Notes under the pieces: model-generated
Seen by the model: only the letters and a program-made list of their open reading frames with translations
What the model was told of the DNA's origin: nothing
The model's database searches: none
Position numbers and translations under genes: made by a program
Shown: positions 1 through 10,733 of the stretch, one piece after another
How positions within the stretch are numbered: position 1 is the stretch's first letter
Layout: each line of letters opens with the position of its first letter
Assembly: GCA_046296715.1 (NCBI GenBank)
Contig: JBKBIN010000006.1
Location: forward strand, 1-64,000
Length of the DNA stretch: 64,000 bases
Direction: 5' to 3'
Source: Candidatus Ratteibacteria bacterium
Lineage (GTDB): Bacteria > Ratteibacteria > UBA8468 > B48-G9 > JAFGKM01

Positions 1-54
1 AGTAAATATTATCTTGAAAAGAAATTACCTGAAATGCTTTATCCAAAATCTTAA
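1..54 (+). CDS. 3' end of a gene running in from the left edge (SKYYLEKKLPEMLYPKS*)
   Basis: Open frame from base 1 to TAA at 52-54, convergent with the permease stop; product unknown. Confidence 0.4.
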   Translation, partial: SKYYLEKKLPEMLYPKS

Positions 55-56
55 TA

Positions 57-1379
57 TCAAATTTTTAAAAATATAAATCTTAAAATAAAAGCAAGAGCCA
101 CAATTATAACTACTGGATTTAATTCTTTATATCTTCCTGTAAAAAGTTTTAAGAAGAAATATGAGACAAAACCAAATGCAATTCCTTCACCTATGTTATA
201 TGTAAATGGAATGCCAATAAATGATAAAAATGCTGGTATTGATTCTGTTGGATCATCCCATTTTATTTTTTTAATTGTTGGAAGAATTAAACTGCCAATA
301 ATTATTAAAGCAGGTGCTGTAACTGGATAAAGTGTTATTCCAGAAACATTTTGAATTCCTGTACCAATCATTTTTACAAAAGGATAAAAGAAAATAGAAA
401 GTAGAAATAAAATAGCAGTTATAATAGAAGCAAAACCAGTTCTGCCACCAACTGATATTCCAGAAGCACTTTCTATGTAACTGGTAACAGTACTTGTTCC
501 AAGAATTGCTCCAAAAACTGTTCCTATCGCATCTGAAAGCAGAACTCTTTCTACTTTTGGAAATTTACCATCTTTTATAAATCCACCTGCTTCACCTACT
601 CCTATTGCTGTTCCAACTGTATCAAACAAATCCATAAAAAGAAAAACAAAAATGACTGTAAAGATTCCACTTTTTAAAGCACCTATTACATCAAGTTTTA
701 AAAATGTTGGAGAAATTGATGGAACTTTTCCGATAATTCCTTCGTACTTAATAACTCTTATAGATATTCCAATTATTGCTGTAATTACCATACCTATAAG
801 GATATTTCCTTTAATACGCCAAGCCATCAAAGTCGCAATTATAATTAAACCAATTATTGATAAAATTACTTCCTTCTGGTATAAATTACCTATTGTTAAA
901 ATCACTCCACCCTTCTGAACAATACCACTTTGAATTAGTCCTATAAATGTGATAAAAAGACCAATCCCTCCTGCTATTCCTGCTTGTAAAGATGAAGGCA
1001 CGCTTTCTACAAGTTTTTCTCTTACTTTCCAGATTGAAAGGATCATGAACAAAACACCTGAAATAAAAACTGCTCCAAGAACTTTTTGCCAAGCAATACC
1101 CATCCCAAGTATAACAGTAAAAACAAAATAAAAATTTTCACCCATACCAGGAGCAAGAGCGATTGGATAATTGGCATAAAGCCCCATAATTAAAGTTGCT
1201 ATTGCTGAAGAGAGACAAGTCGCCACCATAACTGCACCAAAATCCATACCTCCTTGAGATAAAACAGCAGGTTGAACAAAAATTATATAAGCCATTGTAA
1301 TAAATGTTGTAATTCCTGCAATTATTTCTGTTTTTATATCTGTATTTCTTTCATTAAATTTAAAATATTTTGATAACAT
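57..1379 (-). CDS. NCS2/AzgA-family purine (adenine/guanine/hypoxanthine) permease
   Basis: TEIIAGITTFITMAYIIFV, LAPGMGEN, DLFDTVGT and YIESASG..GGRTG motifs; highly hydrophobic, 440 aa. Confidence 0.93.
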   Translation of the reverse strand: MLSKYFKFNERNTDIKTEIIAGITTFITMAYIIFVQPAVLSQGGMDFGAVMVATCLSSAIATLIMGLYANYPIALAPGMGENFYFVFTVILGMGIAWQKVLGAVFISGVLFMILSIWKVREKLVESVPSSLQAGIAGGIGLFITFIGLIQSGIVQKGGVILTIGNLYQKEVILSIIGLIIIATLMAWRIKGNILIGMVITAIIGISIRVIKYEGIIGKVPSISPTFLKLDVIGALKSGIFTVIFVFLFMDLFDTVGTAIGVGEAGGFIKDGKFPKVERVLLSDAIGTVFGAILGTSTVTSYIESASGISVGGRTGFASIITAILFLLSIFFYPFVKMIGTGIQNVSGITLYPVTAPALIIIGSLILPTIKKIKWDDPTESIPAFLSFIGIPFTYNIGEGIAFGFVSYFFLKLFTGRYKELNPVVIIVALAFILRFIFLKI

Positions 1380-1391
1380 TTTGTCTTTAGA

Positions 1392-1883
1392 TTACCATTT
1401 TTCCCAATGTAAAACCTCATTTAACTCTCTTTTTTTAGGTTTTGGTTCTTCATCTGGATAACCAATTGAAATTAAACTTATTAATTTATATCCTTCAGGA
1501 ACTCCCAAAAGTTCTCTAATTTTTTCTGCATACGCCTTTTTATCTCCTGCTACCCAACAACTTCCTAAACCAAATGCTTTTGCTGCAAGTAAAATATAAG
1601 TTGTAGCGGCTGAACCGTCTTCAAGATAATATTTTGTATCTTTACAGAAAACAGCTACACAAATAGGTGCTACCTTTATAAATTTTCCATAATCAGTTAT
1701 ATCAGCAATTTTTTCTCTCATTTTTTTATCTGTAATCACAATAAATTCCCATGGCTGAATATTTATTGCAGTTGGAGCAAATCTTGCGCAATCAATAATC
1801 TCCTCAATAATATTTTTTGGGATTTCTTTTTCTTGATATTTCCTTATGCTTCTTCTTTCTTTCAATGTTTTTAAGATATCCAT
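1392..1883 (-). CDS. Nitroreductase family protein
   Basis: RRSIRKY, APTAINIQPWEF and GLGSCWV motifs; SD GGAGGGG upstream. Confidence 0.92.
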   Translation of the reverse strand: MDILKTLKERRSIRKYQEKEIPKNIIEEIIDCARFAPTAINIQPWEFIVITDKKMREKIADITDYGKFIKVAPICVAVFCKDTKYYLEDGSAATTYILLAAKAFGLGSCWVAGDKKAYAEKIRELLGVPEGYKLISLISIGYPDEEPKPKKRELNEVLHWEKW

Positions 1884-1940
1884 ATTCCCCTCCCCTTTTA
1901 TAAATTAAGTAAATCAAATTTTGCCTGTTATTGATATTCC

Positions 1941-3143
1941 TCATTTTATTTTCCAGAAATTATTAATTTCTTTTTGATAATCCTCTATTTTACATGAATA
2001 AACATCATTATATTTCACAGGCAATTTTTTATAATCTGATTCATAACAACTTTCACAAAAAGCCATAATTTTTAATCCCATCTCACCATCAATCTCTGGT
2101 TTTGAACCATTTTTTATACATCTTGCAAATTCTATCCATTCAAGACCAAATCCATCATAACAATTATAAGGAAAAAGATTTTCTTTTTCTTCTTCCGATA
2201 AACTGTTTAAAAATTCCTTTTCAATTTCCTCACTATTTATTATTTTTCCATCTTTTAAAATTATATCTCCACCATTTTGGAAAGGATGAAAGACAAATCC
2301 TTTATCTTTTATAGCACCAAATTCACCAAAATATAATCCAAAATTTAGATTAAAACCAGAAGCTGCCCTTGAATAAACCCAGTTAACAAAAATTCCATTT
2401 TTGAATTTTATTAATGCATCCCAAGTATCTTCAACATCTGCCTTTGCTTTTTTTAAAATCGGAAGTTCTTCTATAATCCTCTCATCATATCTTTTTATTT
2501 TACAATATACATCTTCAACATCTCCGAAAAGATATAAAAGCATATCAGCAAAGTGATGCCCACTATCCATAATCATTCCACCACCACTTAATAATTTAAC
2601 TCCTCTCCATTTCATTGCGTATTTAGTATAATCAAAAGGAGAATCAATAACTAAATTTACAAGAGCAAATCTTATATCCCCTACATATTTTTTATTTTTA
2701 ATTATCCAATTTATTGCTCTTGGTCCCAAATATCTTCTGACATTCTCTGCAACTGACAAAACTAAATTTCTTTTTTTCGCTTCTTTAACAAGTTTTTTCC
2801 CAATTTTTAAAGTCAATGCAAGTGGTTTTTCTATCATTACATGATAATTGTTTTTAATTAATTCCATCCCAATTGTGTGATGTAGAAAATGAGGTAGACA
2901 TAAAACAAATCCATCACATATATTTTTTGAAATAACCTTTTCATAGTTAGAAAAAATGAGTGGCTCATTTTTTTGAAATTGCATAATTTTATTTTTCTTA
3001 TCTTCAGCATTTTCTCTGTTTTCATCACACAGAGCAGTTATCTCTATCTCTTTGCATCCATTTTCAACAAGTATTTTAACTCCATCTATATGGCAATTGC
3101 TTATACCACCACAACCAATTATCCCTATTCTCACTTTATCCAT
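1941..3143 (-). CDS. Gfo/Idh/MocA family oxidoreductase
   Basis: IGIIGCGGIS Rossmann motif, IEKPLA, GGGMIMDSGHH; start moved to ATG 3143 (MDKVRIG) behind SD AAGGAG. Confidence 0.9.
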   Translation of the reverse strand: MDKVRIGIIGCGGISNCHIDGVKILVENGCKEIEITALCDENRENAEDKKNKIMQFQKNEPLIFSNYEKVISKNICDGFVLCLPHFLHHTIGMELIKNNYHVMIEKPLALTLKIGKKLVKEAKKRNLVLSVAENVRRYLGPRAINWIIKNKKYVGDIRFALVNLVIDSPFDYTKYAMKWRGVKLLSGGGMIMDSGHHFADMLLYLFGDVEDVYCKIKRYDERIIEELPILKKAKADVEDTWDALIKFKNGIFVNWVYSRAASGFNLNFGLYFGEFGAIKDKGFVFHPFQNGGDIILKDGKIINSEEIEKEFLNSLSEEEKENLFPYNCYDGFGLEWIEFARCIKNGSKPEIDGEMGLKIMAFCESCYESDYKKLPVKYNDVYSCKIEDYQKEINNFWKIK

Positions 3144-4497
3144 TTTGACTCCTTTCTTTTTCAAATATATTATAAGTTCTTTCTGCAAGTTCAGATATCT
3201 TAACTTTACTAAAACCTGAAACTCCTGTCTCTAATGTATCATTCAATGGTTCTATCCATCTTTCTGGCAAATTTTTTTTACCCAAAATTACTCCAATAAT
3301 TGAACCAACAGTTGCACCATTACAATCTGTATCAAATCCAATTTCAACTGCTTTACAAATTGATTCTCCAAAGTCACCATTTCCCCATAAAAGACCTATT
3401 AAAACTATCTGGGCATTACTTATCACATGGCACCAATGATGTGGATTTTTTTCATCCCAAATTTTATGAATTATATCTGAAACTTGTTCATAAGAAAGAC
3501 CTTTTTTTCTAAAATCAATGATTTCTTTTACTGCCTGTGCTAATCTGGATCTTTGTGGGATATAATTAAGACCATATTCTATAATTTTCAAAATATCAGT
3601 TTCAAAAAAAGAAATAGATATCAAAGCAGTTATAAACATTGCTCCATAAACACCATTTTTTATATGAGTAACTGAGGCATCTTTATAAGCAAGTTCAACA
3701 CCCTTTTCTGGCTCTCCAGGTGTTATATATCCATAAAAATCAGTTCTTATCTGCGCACCAATCCATTCTCTGTAAGGATTTAGGTAAAAAGCAGACCTTT
3801 CAGGAGATATAAGATTTACAAGATTTTTGTAAACTACTCTTTCTGCTGTATGTGTTCTTAAAATAGGGATTTTTTCAATAAAATTTTTAGCAAAATCAAA
3901 TTTGGTGAAATTATATCCATATTTTTCTAATAGAGTTAAAGCAAGAACAGTATAATTTAAATCATCATCTTCAACCATATTTTTAATTCTGTTTATACAT
4001 AAATTTTGTCTTGCATTATAACTTTCAAAAATTTCTAAATCAAGATTATTACTGCTGACATAATATTTTAAAGGAAATTGCCTTATTTCTTTTAAAAAAC
4101 TTCTTATTTTTTCTCTATGCCATCCTTCAAATATCTTTCCAAGTAAACATCCTGCACATCTACCAAGCCAAGCTCCATAAATTTTCTCTTTAATTTCTTT
4201 TCCTTGAAGGGTTTTCTTTGTTTCATAAAAATTATTTCCCCATTCTTTCTTAATATCTTCTAAATAAATTGGTTCATAATAATTATAATCTTTTCTTAGT
4301 GGTAAATCCTCGCATTTTGTAAATAGTGAAAGAATTTTATTCTGAACTAAAACTGAGTCGGTGTCTTTAAGGATTTTTTTTAATAACTCAAATTCTTGCT
4401 CAATTTCACTTATATCTTTACCTTCATCAATAAGTTGCTGCTTTTCAATTTCTATATCTTTTTCTCTAAAATACAATTCATCTATTTTAAAAAACAT
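3136..4497 (-). CDS. ADP-ribosylglycohydrolase family protein
   Basis: GAWLGRCAGCLLG, EDDDLNYT, NPYREWIGAQIR and GFDTDCNGATVGSI metal-binding motifs. Confidence 0.88.
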   Translation of the reverse strand: MFFKIDELYFREKDIEIEKQQLIDEGKDISEIEQEFELLKKILKDTDSVLVQNKILSLFTKCEDLPLRKDYNYYEPIYLEDIKKEWGNNFYETKKTLQGKEIKEKIYGAWLGRCAGCLLGKIFEGWHREKIRSFLKEIRQFPLKYYVSSNNLDLEIFESYNARQNLCINRIKNMVEDDDLNYTVLALTLLEKYGYNFTKFDFAKNFIEKIPILRTHTAERVVYKNLVNLISPERSAFYLNPYREWIGAQIRTDFYGYITPGEPEKGVELAYKDASVTHIKNGVYGAMFITALISISFFETDILKIIEYGLNYIPQRSRLAQAVKEIIDFRKKGLSYEQVSDIIHKIWDEKNPHHWCHVISNAQIVLIGLLWGNGDFGESICKAVEIGFDTDCNGATVGSIIGVILGKKNLPERWIEPLNDTLETGVSGFSKVKISELAERTYNIFEKERSQNG

Positions 4498-4507
4498 TTT
4501 TCAAAAA

Positions 4508-5572
4508 TTAATATATTACAGGAGTATTTGTTTCGGCTGATTTATATATTCCCTCTATTATTTTTACAACACTTATTATTTCTTCTTTTTTTGTAATTGG
4601 TTCTTTTCCCTCTTTTATACATTCAATAAAATATTTAACCTCTTCAAAATAAGCATCTACCTTTGGAATTTCAGGAATGATATCACTTATTACTCCATTT
4701 GTTTCAGTATATATTCTAACAGGATTTTTAGGATCAAGTGGGTCTGGCAATTGAGCACCTGCTTTTGTTCCAAATAAACTCCCTTTAAGTCCAACTTCAG
4801 AATTCCCTGCCCAACTTGCTTCAACAAATAAAACTGCTCCATTTGAAAATTTAACAAAACCACTTGCTAAATCCTCTACTTCCATTTTTCCTGTTGGTAC
4901 ATCTCCTTTTCTCGTTTCTACTGGAGGCCATCCTCCATCCACTGCTCTATCTTTAAACTTTTCAAAAGTTGCTCCAAAAACTATTTTGGGATCTGTTAAA
5001 TTAGCAATATACAAAACCATATCTATCATATGAACTCCAACATCCATCATTGGTCCACCACCTGCAAGTTTTTTACTTGTAAACCATGTTCCAAGACCAG
5101 GTATTCCTCTTCTTCTTAAATAACTTGCTTTTAGATAATAAATTTCTCCAAAAAAACCATCATTTACAAGTTTTTTTAATACTAATGTTTCTCCAATAAA
5201 CCTTCTTGGAAAGGCACCCATAAAAACTCTTTTTGTTTTATCAACTGTTTTAAAAATTTCTTCTGCTTCTTGAACTGTTAAACAGATTGGTTTTTCACAT
5301 AAAACATGTTTTCCATTTTCCATTGCTTTTATTGACTGAATTGCATGAAAAGAATTGGGCGAACAAATAACAACGGCATCTAAATCTTCCTCAATCATTT
5401 TTTCCCAATCAGTAAATTTCTGTGGTATATTAAACTTTTCTGCAACAAAATTCAATTTTTCTTGATTTATATCACATATTGCTTCTACTTTTACATCTTC
5501 TAATTTTTGTAAATTTGGGATATGTGCAACCTGTGAAATCCCACCAGCACCAATAATGCCAACTTTTATCAT
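4508..5572 (-). CDS. Gfo/Idh/MocA family oxidoreductase
   Basis: VGIIGAGGIS, HVLCEKP, RRRGIPGLGTWFT and GGGPMMDVGVH motifs. Confidence 0.93.
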   Translation of the reverse strand: MIKVGIIGAGGISQVAHIPNLQKLEDVKVEAICDINQEKLNFVAEKFNIPQKFTDWEKMIEEDLDAVVICSPNSFHAIQSIKAMENGKHVLCEKPICLTVQEAEEIFKTVDKTKRVFMGAFPRRFIGETLVLKKLVNDGFFGEIYYLKASYLRRRGIPGLGTWFTSKKLAGGGPMMDVGVHMIDMVLYIANLTDPKIVFGATFEKFKDRAVDGGWPPVETRKGDVPTGKMEVEDLASGFVKFSNGAVLFVEASWAGNSEVGLKGSLFGTKAGAQLPDPLDPKNPVRIYTETNGVISDIIPEIPKVDAYFEEVKYFIECIKEGKEPITKKEEIISVVKIIEGIYKSAETNTPVIY

Positions 5573-5588
5573 TTTTATCTCCTCCTTT

Positions 5589-6560
5589 TTAAAACTTAAC
5601 TTTTATAACCTTATTTTTTTCCATTGCCTCATTGGCTGCTAAAGTAAAAACAAGAGATTTATATCCATCCTCATAAGAGGATTTTATTAAAGATTGGTTT
5701 TTTGTTCTCACTGCTTCAATAAAAGCACTATCCTCTCTTAAAAGAAGGTCTCCTTTTTCGTAAACTTCTTCAATTTTATTTCCATAATTTATTTTAACTT
5801 TTTGTCTCTCTGTATATTCAACAACTTTATCCTTGAAATAAAAGTCAATTCCACATTTTCCAGGAACCTTCAAAAAGCATCCAGAAAAAATAATACCGAA
5901 AGTCCCATCTTCATAACAAATACTGACTGCTGATGCATCTTCTATATTATAATTTTCAACATCCTTCATTAATCCTATCCGTTTAACTGCAAAAACTTCA
6001 ACTGGTTCTCCTACAAGATATCTTGTCATATCAAAAATATGTGTTGTTTGTTCAACTGCCTGACCTCCAGATAATTCCTTTCTTCTCCACCAGTAAACTT
6101 GTGGCATTCCACCAACCCACCAGCCACTTAAAAATCCTAAATTTTTTTCTGAGAAAAATGGTTTAATTAAGGAAATTATGTCTTGATATCTATCTTGATA
6201 TCCAACTGCTGTAATTAAATTTTTCTCTTTTATTTTTTCAACTATTTTTTTTGCTTTATTTTTATCTAAATGAATTGGTTTTTCAACTAAAAATGGAATG
6301 TTTTTTTCTATACATAGTTCCTCTTGACCTTGGTGGGCAAATGGAGGTAAACATATATAACAGGCATCCAATTCTAATTCTTCAAGCATTTTTTTATAGT
6401 CAGTATATACTTTACCTCCAAATTTTTCACTTGCTGCTTTTGCTCTATTTTCATCAACATCACACATTCCAACAAATTTAACTCCTTCAATCTTTGATAA
6501 AGCATTCATATGAGCATTTGCTATACCTCCACAACCAATAAATCCAATCTTAACTTCCAT
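5589..6560 (-). CDS. Gfo/Idh/MocA family oxidoreductase
   Basis: IGFIGCGGIA, LVEKPI and SGGQAVEQTTH motifs. Confidence 0.92.
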   Translation of the reverse strand: MEVKIGFIGCGGIANAHMNALSKIEGVKFVGMCDVDENRAKAASEKFGGKVYTDYKKMLEELELDACYICLPPFAHQGQEELCIEKNIPFLVEKPIHLDKNKAKKIVEKIKEKNLITAVGYQDRYQDIISLIKPFFSEKNLGFLSGWWVGGMPQVYWWRRKELSGGQAVEQTTHIFDMTRYLVGEPVEVFAVKRIGLMKDVENYNIEDASAVSICYEDGTFGIIFSGCFLKVPGKCGIDFYFKDKVVEYTERQKVKINYGNKIEEVYEKGDLLLREDSAFIEAVRTKNQSLIKSSYEDGYKSLVFTLAANEAMEKNKVIKVKF

Positions 6561-6574
6561 TTTGTTCCTCCTTT

Positions 6575-7378
6575 TTAAATTTTTTTCAATATTTCTTTCA
6601 TAAATTTTAAACTTTTTTCAAGATTTTCTTTTTTTGGCTCTGGAACTCCACATTCAAGAATCATATAATTTTTAAAATTGATTTCTTTAAGTGCTTTAAA
6701 TCCACTTTCAAAATCAGTATGACCCATCCCAGGTAGAATTCTATTACTATCTGCAAGATGAATATGAGCAATCCATTTACTTGCTTTCTTTATTGATTCA
6801 TAAATATTTGCTTCTTCTATATTCATATGAAAAAAATCTGCCATTATTTTTAAATATGGACTATTTATTTTCTCACAATATTCAACTGCCTGTTCTAATC
6901 TATTTAAAAAATGAGTTTCATATCTATTAAGAGGTTCAAGTAATAAACAACATTTTGTCTGTTCTGCCTTTTCAACAATCTCTGGTAATTGAGAAAATAA
7001 TAATTCTTTTTCAAGTTCATAAGCATTTTTATATGGTGTAAGATTTGGAACTTTCGGCCCACCAAAGATAGGGACAAGAATTAATCCGACTACACCAAGT
7101 TCTTTACCTATTTCAAGTAAATTTTTAATATCTTTTCTTGCTTTTTCTCTATTTTCAACTTCTGATTCAAGAAGGAAATTTCTATAACCAGCACATATAC
7201 TTGAAATTTTAATCCCTTCTTCCTCAGAAATTTTTTTATACTCTTTTATATTTTCTGGATTTTCAAGCAAGTTTCTTCCAATAACCTCTATTCCTTCAAA
7301 TCCAATTTCCTTAGCAAGTTTAAATTTTTCTTTTATACTATTTCCTGGCAATAATGTTTCCTGACATCCTATTTTCAT
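6575..7378 (-). CDS. Sugar-phosphate isomerase/epimerase (xylose-isomerase-like TIM barrel)
   Basis: LEPLNRYE, DFFHMNIEE and HIHLADSNR..PG.GH motifs. Confidence 0.9.
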   Translation of the reverse strand: MKIGCQETLLPGNSIKEKFKLAKEIGFEGIEVIGRNLLENPENIKEYKKISEEEGIKISSICAGYRNFLLESEVENREKARKDIKNLLEIGKELGVVGLILVPIFGGPKVPNLTPYKNAYELEKELLFSQLPEIVEKAEQTKCCLLLEPLNRYETHFLNRLEQAVEYCEKINSPYLKIMADFFHMNIEEANIYESIKKASKWIAHIHLADSNRILPGMGHTDFESGFKALKEINFKNYMILECGVPEPKKENLEKSLKFMKEILKKI

Positions 7379-7402
7379 TTTTACCTCCTTTTTTAAACTT
7401 TA

Positions 7403-7462
7403 AGTATAACACTATTAACTCTCTTGTCAAATTTTGACTAATAAATTTTAAAAAATTAAAAT
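7403..7462. promoter_or_regulatory. Back-to-back sigma70-type promoters (sugar operon on minus, nfo-leuS on plus)
   Basis: Minus: TTGACA(7430-7425)-16bp-TATACT(7408-7403). Plus: TTGACT(7434-7439)-17bp-TAAAAT(7457-7462). Confidence 0.65.
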
Positions 7463-7468
7463 TTTTTT

Positions 7469-8299
7469 ATGAAGATAGGAGCACATTTATGGATAGGAGA
7501 AGGATTAGACAAAGTTATTGAATTTTGCGAATATTTAAATTCTAATTGTTTCCAAATTTTTCTTTCAAATCCAAGAAGTTGGAAAAGAAAAGAAAGGGAA
7601 GAACAAGAAATAGAGCGATTTAAGCAGAGTATTAAAAAAAAGAAAATAAAACCAGTCGTAGTACATATGCCTTATATATTGAACATTGCCGAAAACGAGA
7701 TTAAAAAAAGGAAAGAAATTATAAATCTGTTAGAAAAAGAATTAGAAGAAAGTGAAAAATTAGATGTAGATTTCTATGTTGTTCATCCTGGATTCCATAA
7801 AGGACAGGGAGAAAAAAAAGGGTTTAAAAATGTTATTGATTCACTAAAAAAAATAACAAACTCTAAAATAAAAATTTTAATTGAAAATACTTCTGGACAG
7901 GGCACTTCTCTTGGATATAAATTTGACCACTTTTCTTTAATATTTGAAAAAATTGGTAATAATTATGGCATTTGTTTTGATTCTGCACATGCTTTTCAGG
8001 CAGGTTATAATTTAAGAAAATTTGATGAAGTTAAAAAAAATATTGAAAAATTTATACCTTTGAGTTATATTTTATTAATTCATGCAAATGATTCCAAAAC
8101 AGAATTAAATTCAAAAAAAGACAGACATGAACATATAGGAAAAGGGAAAATTGGAATAAAAGGATTTGAACAAATAATAAAAGACGACTATTTTGGGAAT
8201 TTACCTTTTATAATTGAAACTCCAAAAGTAAGTTTAAAAGAGGATAAAAGAAATATTGAGATTATTAAAAAAATAGGAGAAAAATATGGAAAAGTATAA
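7469..8299 (+). CDS. nfo: Endonuclease IV
   Basis: IGAH, FQIFLSNPRSW, HMPYILN, IENTSGQG, CFDSAH, HANDSK, DRHEHIGKG and IIETP motifs. Confidence 0.95.
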   Translation: MKIGAHLWIGEGLDKVIEFCEYLNSNCFQIFLSNPRSWKRKEREEQEIERFKQSIKKKKIKPVVVHMPYILNIAENEIKKRKEIINLLEKELEESEKLDVDFYVVHPGFHKGQGEKKGFKNVIDSLKKITNSKIKILIENTSGQGTSLGYKFDHFSLIFEKIGNNYGICFDSAHAFQAGYNLRKFDEVKKNIEKFIPLSYILLIHANDSKTELNSKKDRHEHIGKGKIGIKGFEQIIKDDYFGNLPFIIETPKVSLKEDKRNIEIIKKIGEKYGKV

Positions 8300-10733
8300 T
8301 CCTGAAGAAATTGAAATTAAATGGCAGAAAAAATGGGAAGAAAGTAAATTATTTGAAGCAAAATATAATAAAGAAAAGAAAAAATTTTATATTCTTGAAA
8401 TGTTTCCTTATACATCTGCACAAATCCATATGGGACATGTTAGAAATTATACAATAGGAGATGTGGTTGCAAGATATAAGGTAATGAACAAATACAACAT
8501 TTTACACCCCATAGGATATGATGCTTTTGGGTTGCCTGCCGAAAATGCTGCAATTAAACAAAATATTCATCCGAAAGAATGGACTTATAAAAATATTGAT
8601 ACAATAAGGAGACAATTGAAACGACTTGGTATTTCCTATTGTTGGGAAAGAGAAGTAATTACTTGTGACCCAGAGTATTATAGGTGGAACCAATATTTTT
8701 TTATCCAATTTTTTAAAAAAGGACTTGTATATAAAAAGAAATCTCCTGCTAACTGGTGTCCATCTTGCCAAACAGTGCTTGCGAATGAACAGGTTATAGA
8801 TGGTAAATGCTGGAGATGTGGAGAGATTGTAGAAAACAGAAATCTTGAACAATGGTTTATAAAAATTACAGAATATGCTGAAAGATTGCTTGATTTTTCT
8901 GGAATTAAAAATTGGCCCGAAAGAGTAATAACTATGCAGAAAAACTGGATTGGGAAAAGCGAAGGATGTGAAATATATTTTTATATTCCAAAATTGGATG
9001 AAATTTTGAGTGTTTTTACTACAAGAAGTGATACTTTAATGGGAGTAACTTATCTTGTTTTATCTCCATATCATCCTTTAATAGAAAAAATTTTAAAAAT
9101 CTCCCCAATTAGTACAGAGATAGAGAAATTTACGGAAAAAATAAAAAAAGCAAGTTTAACTGTTCAAGATATTCTTAAAATTGAAAAAGAAGGGATTGAC
9201 ACAAAAATTTTTGCCCTCCATCCAATTACTCAAGAAAAAATCCCTATCTGGATTGGAAATTATGTTTTGATGGAATATGGAACAGGCGCAGTTATGGCAG
9301 TTCCAGCACATGACCAAAGAGATTTTGAGTTTGCACAAAAGTATAATCTTCCTATAAAAATTGTTATAAAAAATCCTCAATGGAAAGAAATTCCCAATAA
9401 ACTTGAAAAAGCATATGAAAACCCAGGTATAATGATTAATTCTGGAATTTTTGATGGACTTGATAGTGAAAAAGGGAAGGAAGAGGTGAGAAAATATCTT
9501 GAGAAATTAAATAAAGGAAAAAGAGCAGTTTATTACAGATTAAAGGACTGGTGTATTTCAAGACAGAGATACTGGGGAACACCTATCCCAATAATTTATT
9601 GTCCAAAATGTGGAATTGTCCCTGAAGATGAAAAAAACTTGCCAGTAAAACTACCTGATGAAGTAAAAATTACAGGAAAAGGAGAGTCGCCATTAAAGTA
9701 TGTTAAAGAATTTTTAAAATGTAAGTGCCCTATCTGTGGAAGTAATGGTGAAAGAGAGACAGATACTATGGACACTTTTGTTGACTCTTCATGGTATTTT
9801 TTAAGATATGCATCTAAAGATATAAAAGATATACCATTTGATAAAAATGAAGTTAATTATTGGATGCCTGTCGATCAATATATCGGAGGAATAGAACATG
9901 CAATTTTACATTTACTTTATAGTAGATTTTTTACAAAAGTTTTATATGATTTAGGTTTTGTCGATTTTGAAGAACCATTTGAAAACTTGCTCTGTCAAGG
10001 AATGGTAATAAAAGATGGAGCAAAAATGTCAAAATCAAAAGGAAATGTTGTTGATCCTGAAGATATGATAAAAAAATATGGTGCAGATACTTTACGACTT
10101 TTCATTCTTTTCGCTGCTCCTCCTGAGGTTGACCTTGAATGGAGTGAAAAAGGTATTGAAGGTTGCTGGAGATTTTTAAATAGAGTATGGAAATTACATT
10201 TTGAAATTAAAAACTACTCAGAACAGAATGATAAAAATGATGGAAAATTAAAATTTATGATAAACAAGACAATAAAAGGTGTAACTGAAGATATTGAGAA
10301 AGAGTTTCAATTTAATACATGTATTGCTAAAATGATGGAATTCATTAATTTTTTAAATAAAGAACTTAGCAATAAAAATGTTTCAAAAGGTGTTCTTATA
10401 GATTGCTGGAAAAAATTTATAAAAATTCTTTATCCTTTTACTCCTCATATATGTGAAGAAATGTGGGAAGATTTGAATGAGAAAAACTTTTTATTTAATG
10501 AGAACTGGCCATCTTATGAAGAAATTGAAACCATTGAAGAAAAAATAAGTATAGGAGTACAGATAAATGGAAAAATAAGAGGAAATATTGAAGTTCCTCC
10601 TTGCTTAGATGCAGAACAGATTTATGAATTGATAAAAAATCAAGAAAAATTCAGAAAATTTCTTGAAGGGAAAGAAATAAAAAATAAGATTTACATCAAA
10701 AACAAAATTATAAACCTTGTTTTAAAAGATTAA
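8286..10733 (+). CDS. leuS: Leucine--tRNA ligase
   Basis: HMGH and KMSKS class I motifs; GTGAVMAVPAHDQRD editing domain. Confidence 0.98.
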   Translation: MEKYNPEEIEIKWQKKWEESKLFEAKYNKEKKKFYILEMFPYTSAQIHMGHVRNYTIGDVVARYKVMNKYNILHPIGYDAFGLPAENAAIKQNIHPKEWTYKNIDTIRRQLKRLGISYCWEREVITCDPEYYRWNQYFFIQFFKKGLVYKKKSPANWCPSCQTVLANEQVIDGKCWRCGEIVENRNLEQWFIKITEYAERLLDFSGIKNWPERVITMQKNWIGKSEGCEIYFYIPKLDEILSVFTTRSDTLMGVTYLVLSPYHPLIEKILKISPISTEIEKFTEKIKKASLTVQDILKIEKEGIDTKIFALHPITQEKIPIWIGNYVLMEYGTGAVMAVPAHDQRDFEFAQKYNLPIKIVIKNPQWKEIPNKLEKAYENPGIMINSGIFDGLDSEKGKEEVRKYLEKLNKGKRAVYYRLKDWCISRQRYWGTPIPIIYCPKCGIVPEDEKNLPVKLPDEVKITGKGESPLKYVKEFLKCKCPICGSNGERETDTMDTFVDSSWYFLRYASKDIKDIPFDKNEVNYWMPVDQYIGGIEHAILHLLYSRFFTKVLYDLGFVDFEEPFENLLCQGMVIKDGAKMSKSKGNVVDPEDMIKKYGADTLRLFILFAAPPEVDLEWSEKGIEGCWRFLNRVWKLHFEIKNYSEQNDKNDGKLKFMINKTIKGVTEDIEKEFQFNTCIAKMMEFINFLNKELSNKNVSKGVLIDCWKKFIKILYPFTPHICEEMWEDLNEKNFLFNENWPSYEEIETIEEKISIGVQINGKIRGNIEVPPCLDAEQIYELIKNQEKFRKFLEGKEIKNKIYIKNKIINLVLKD

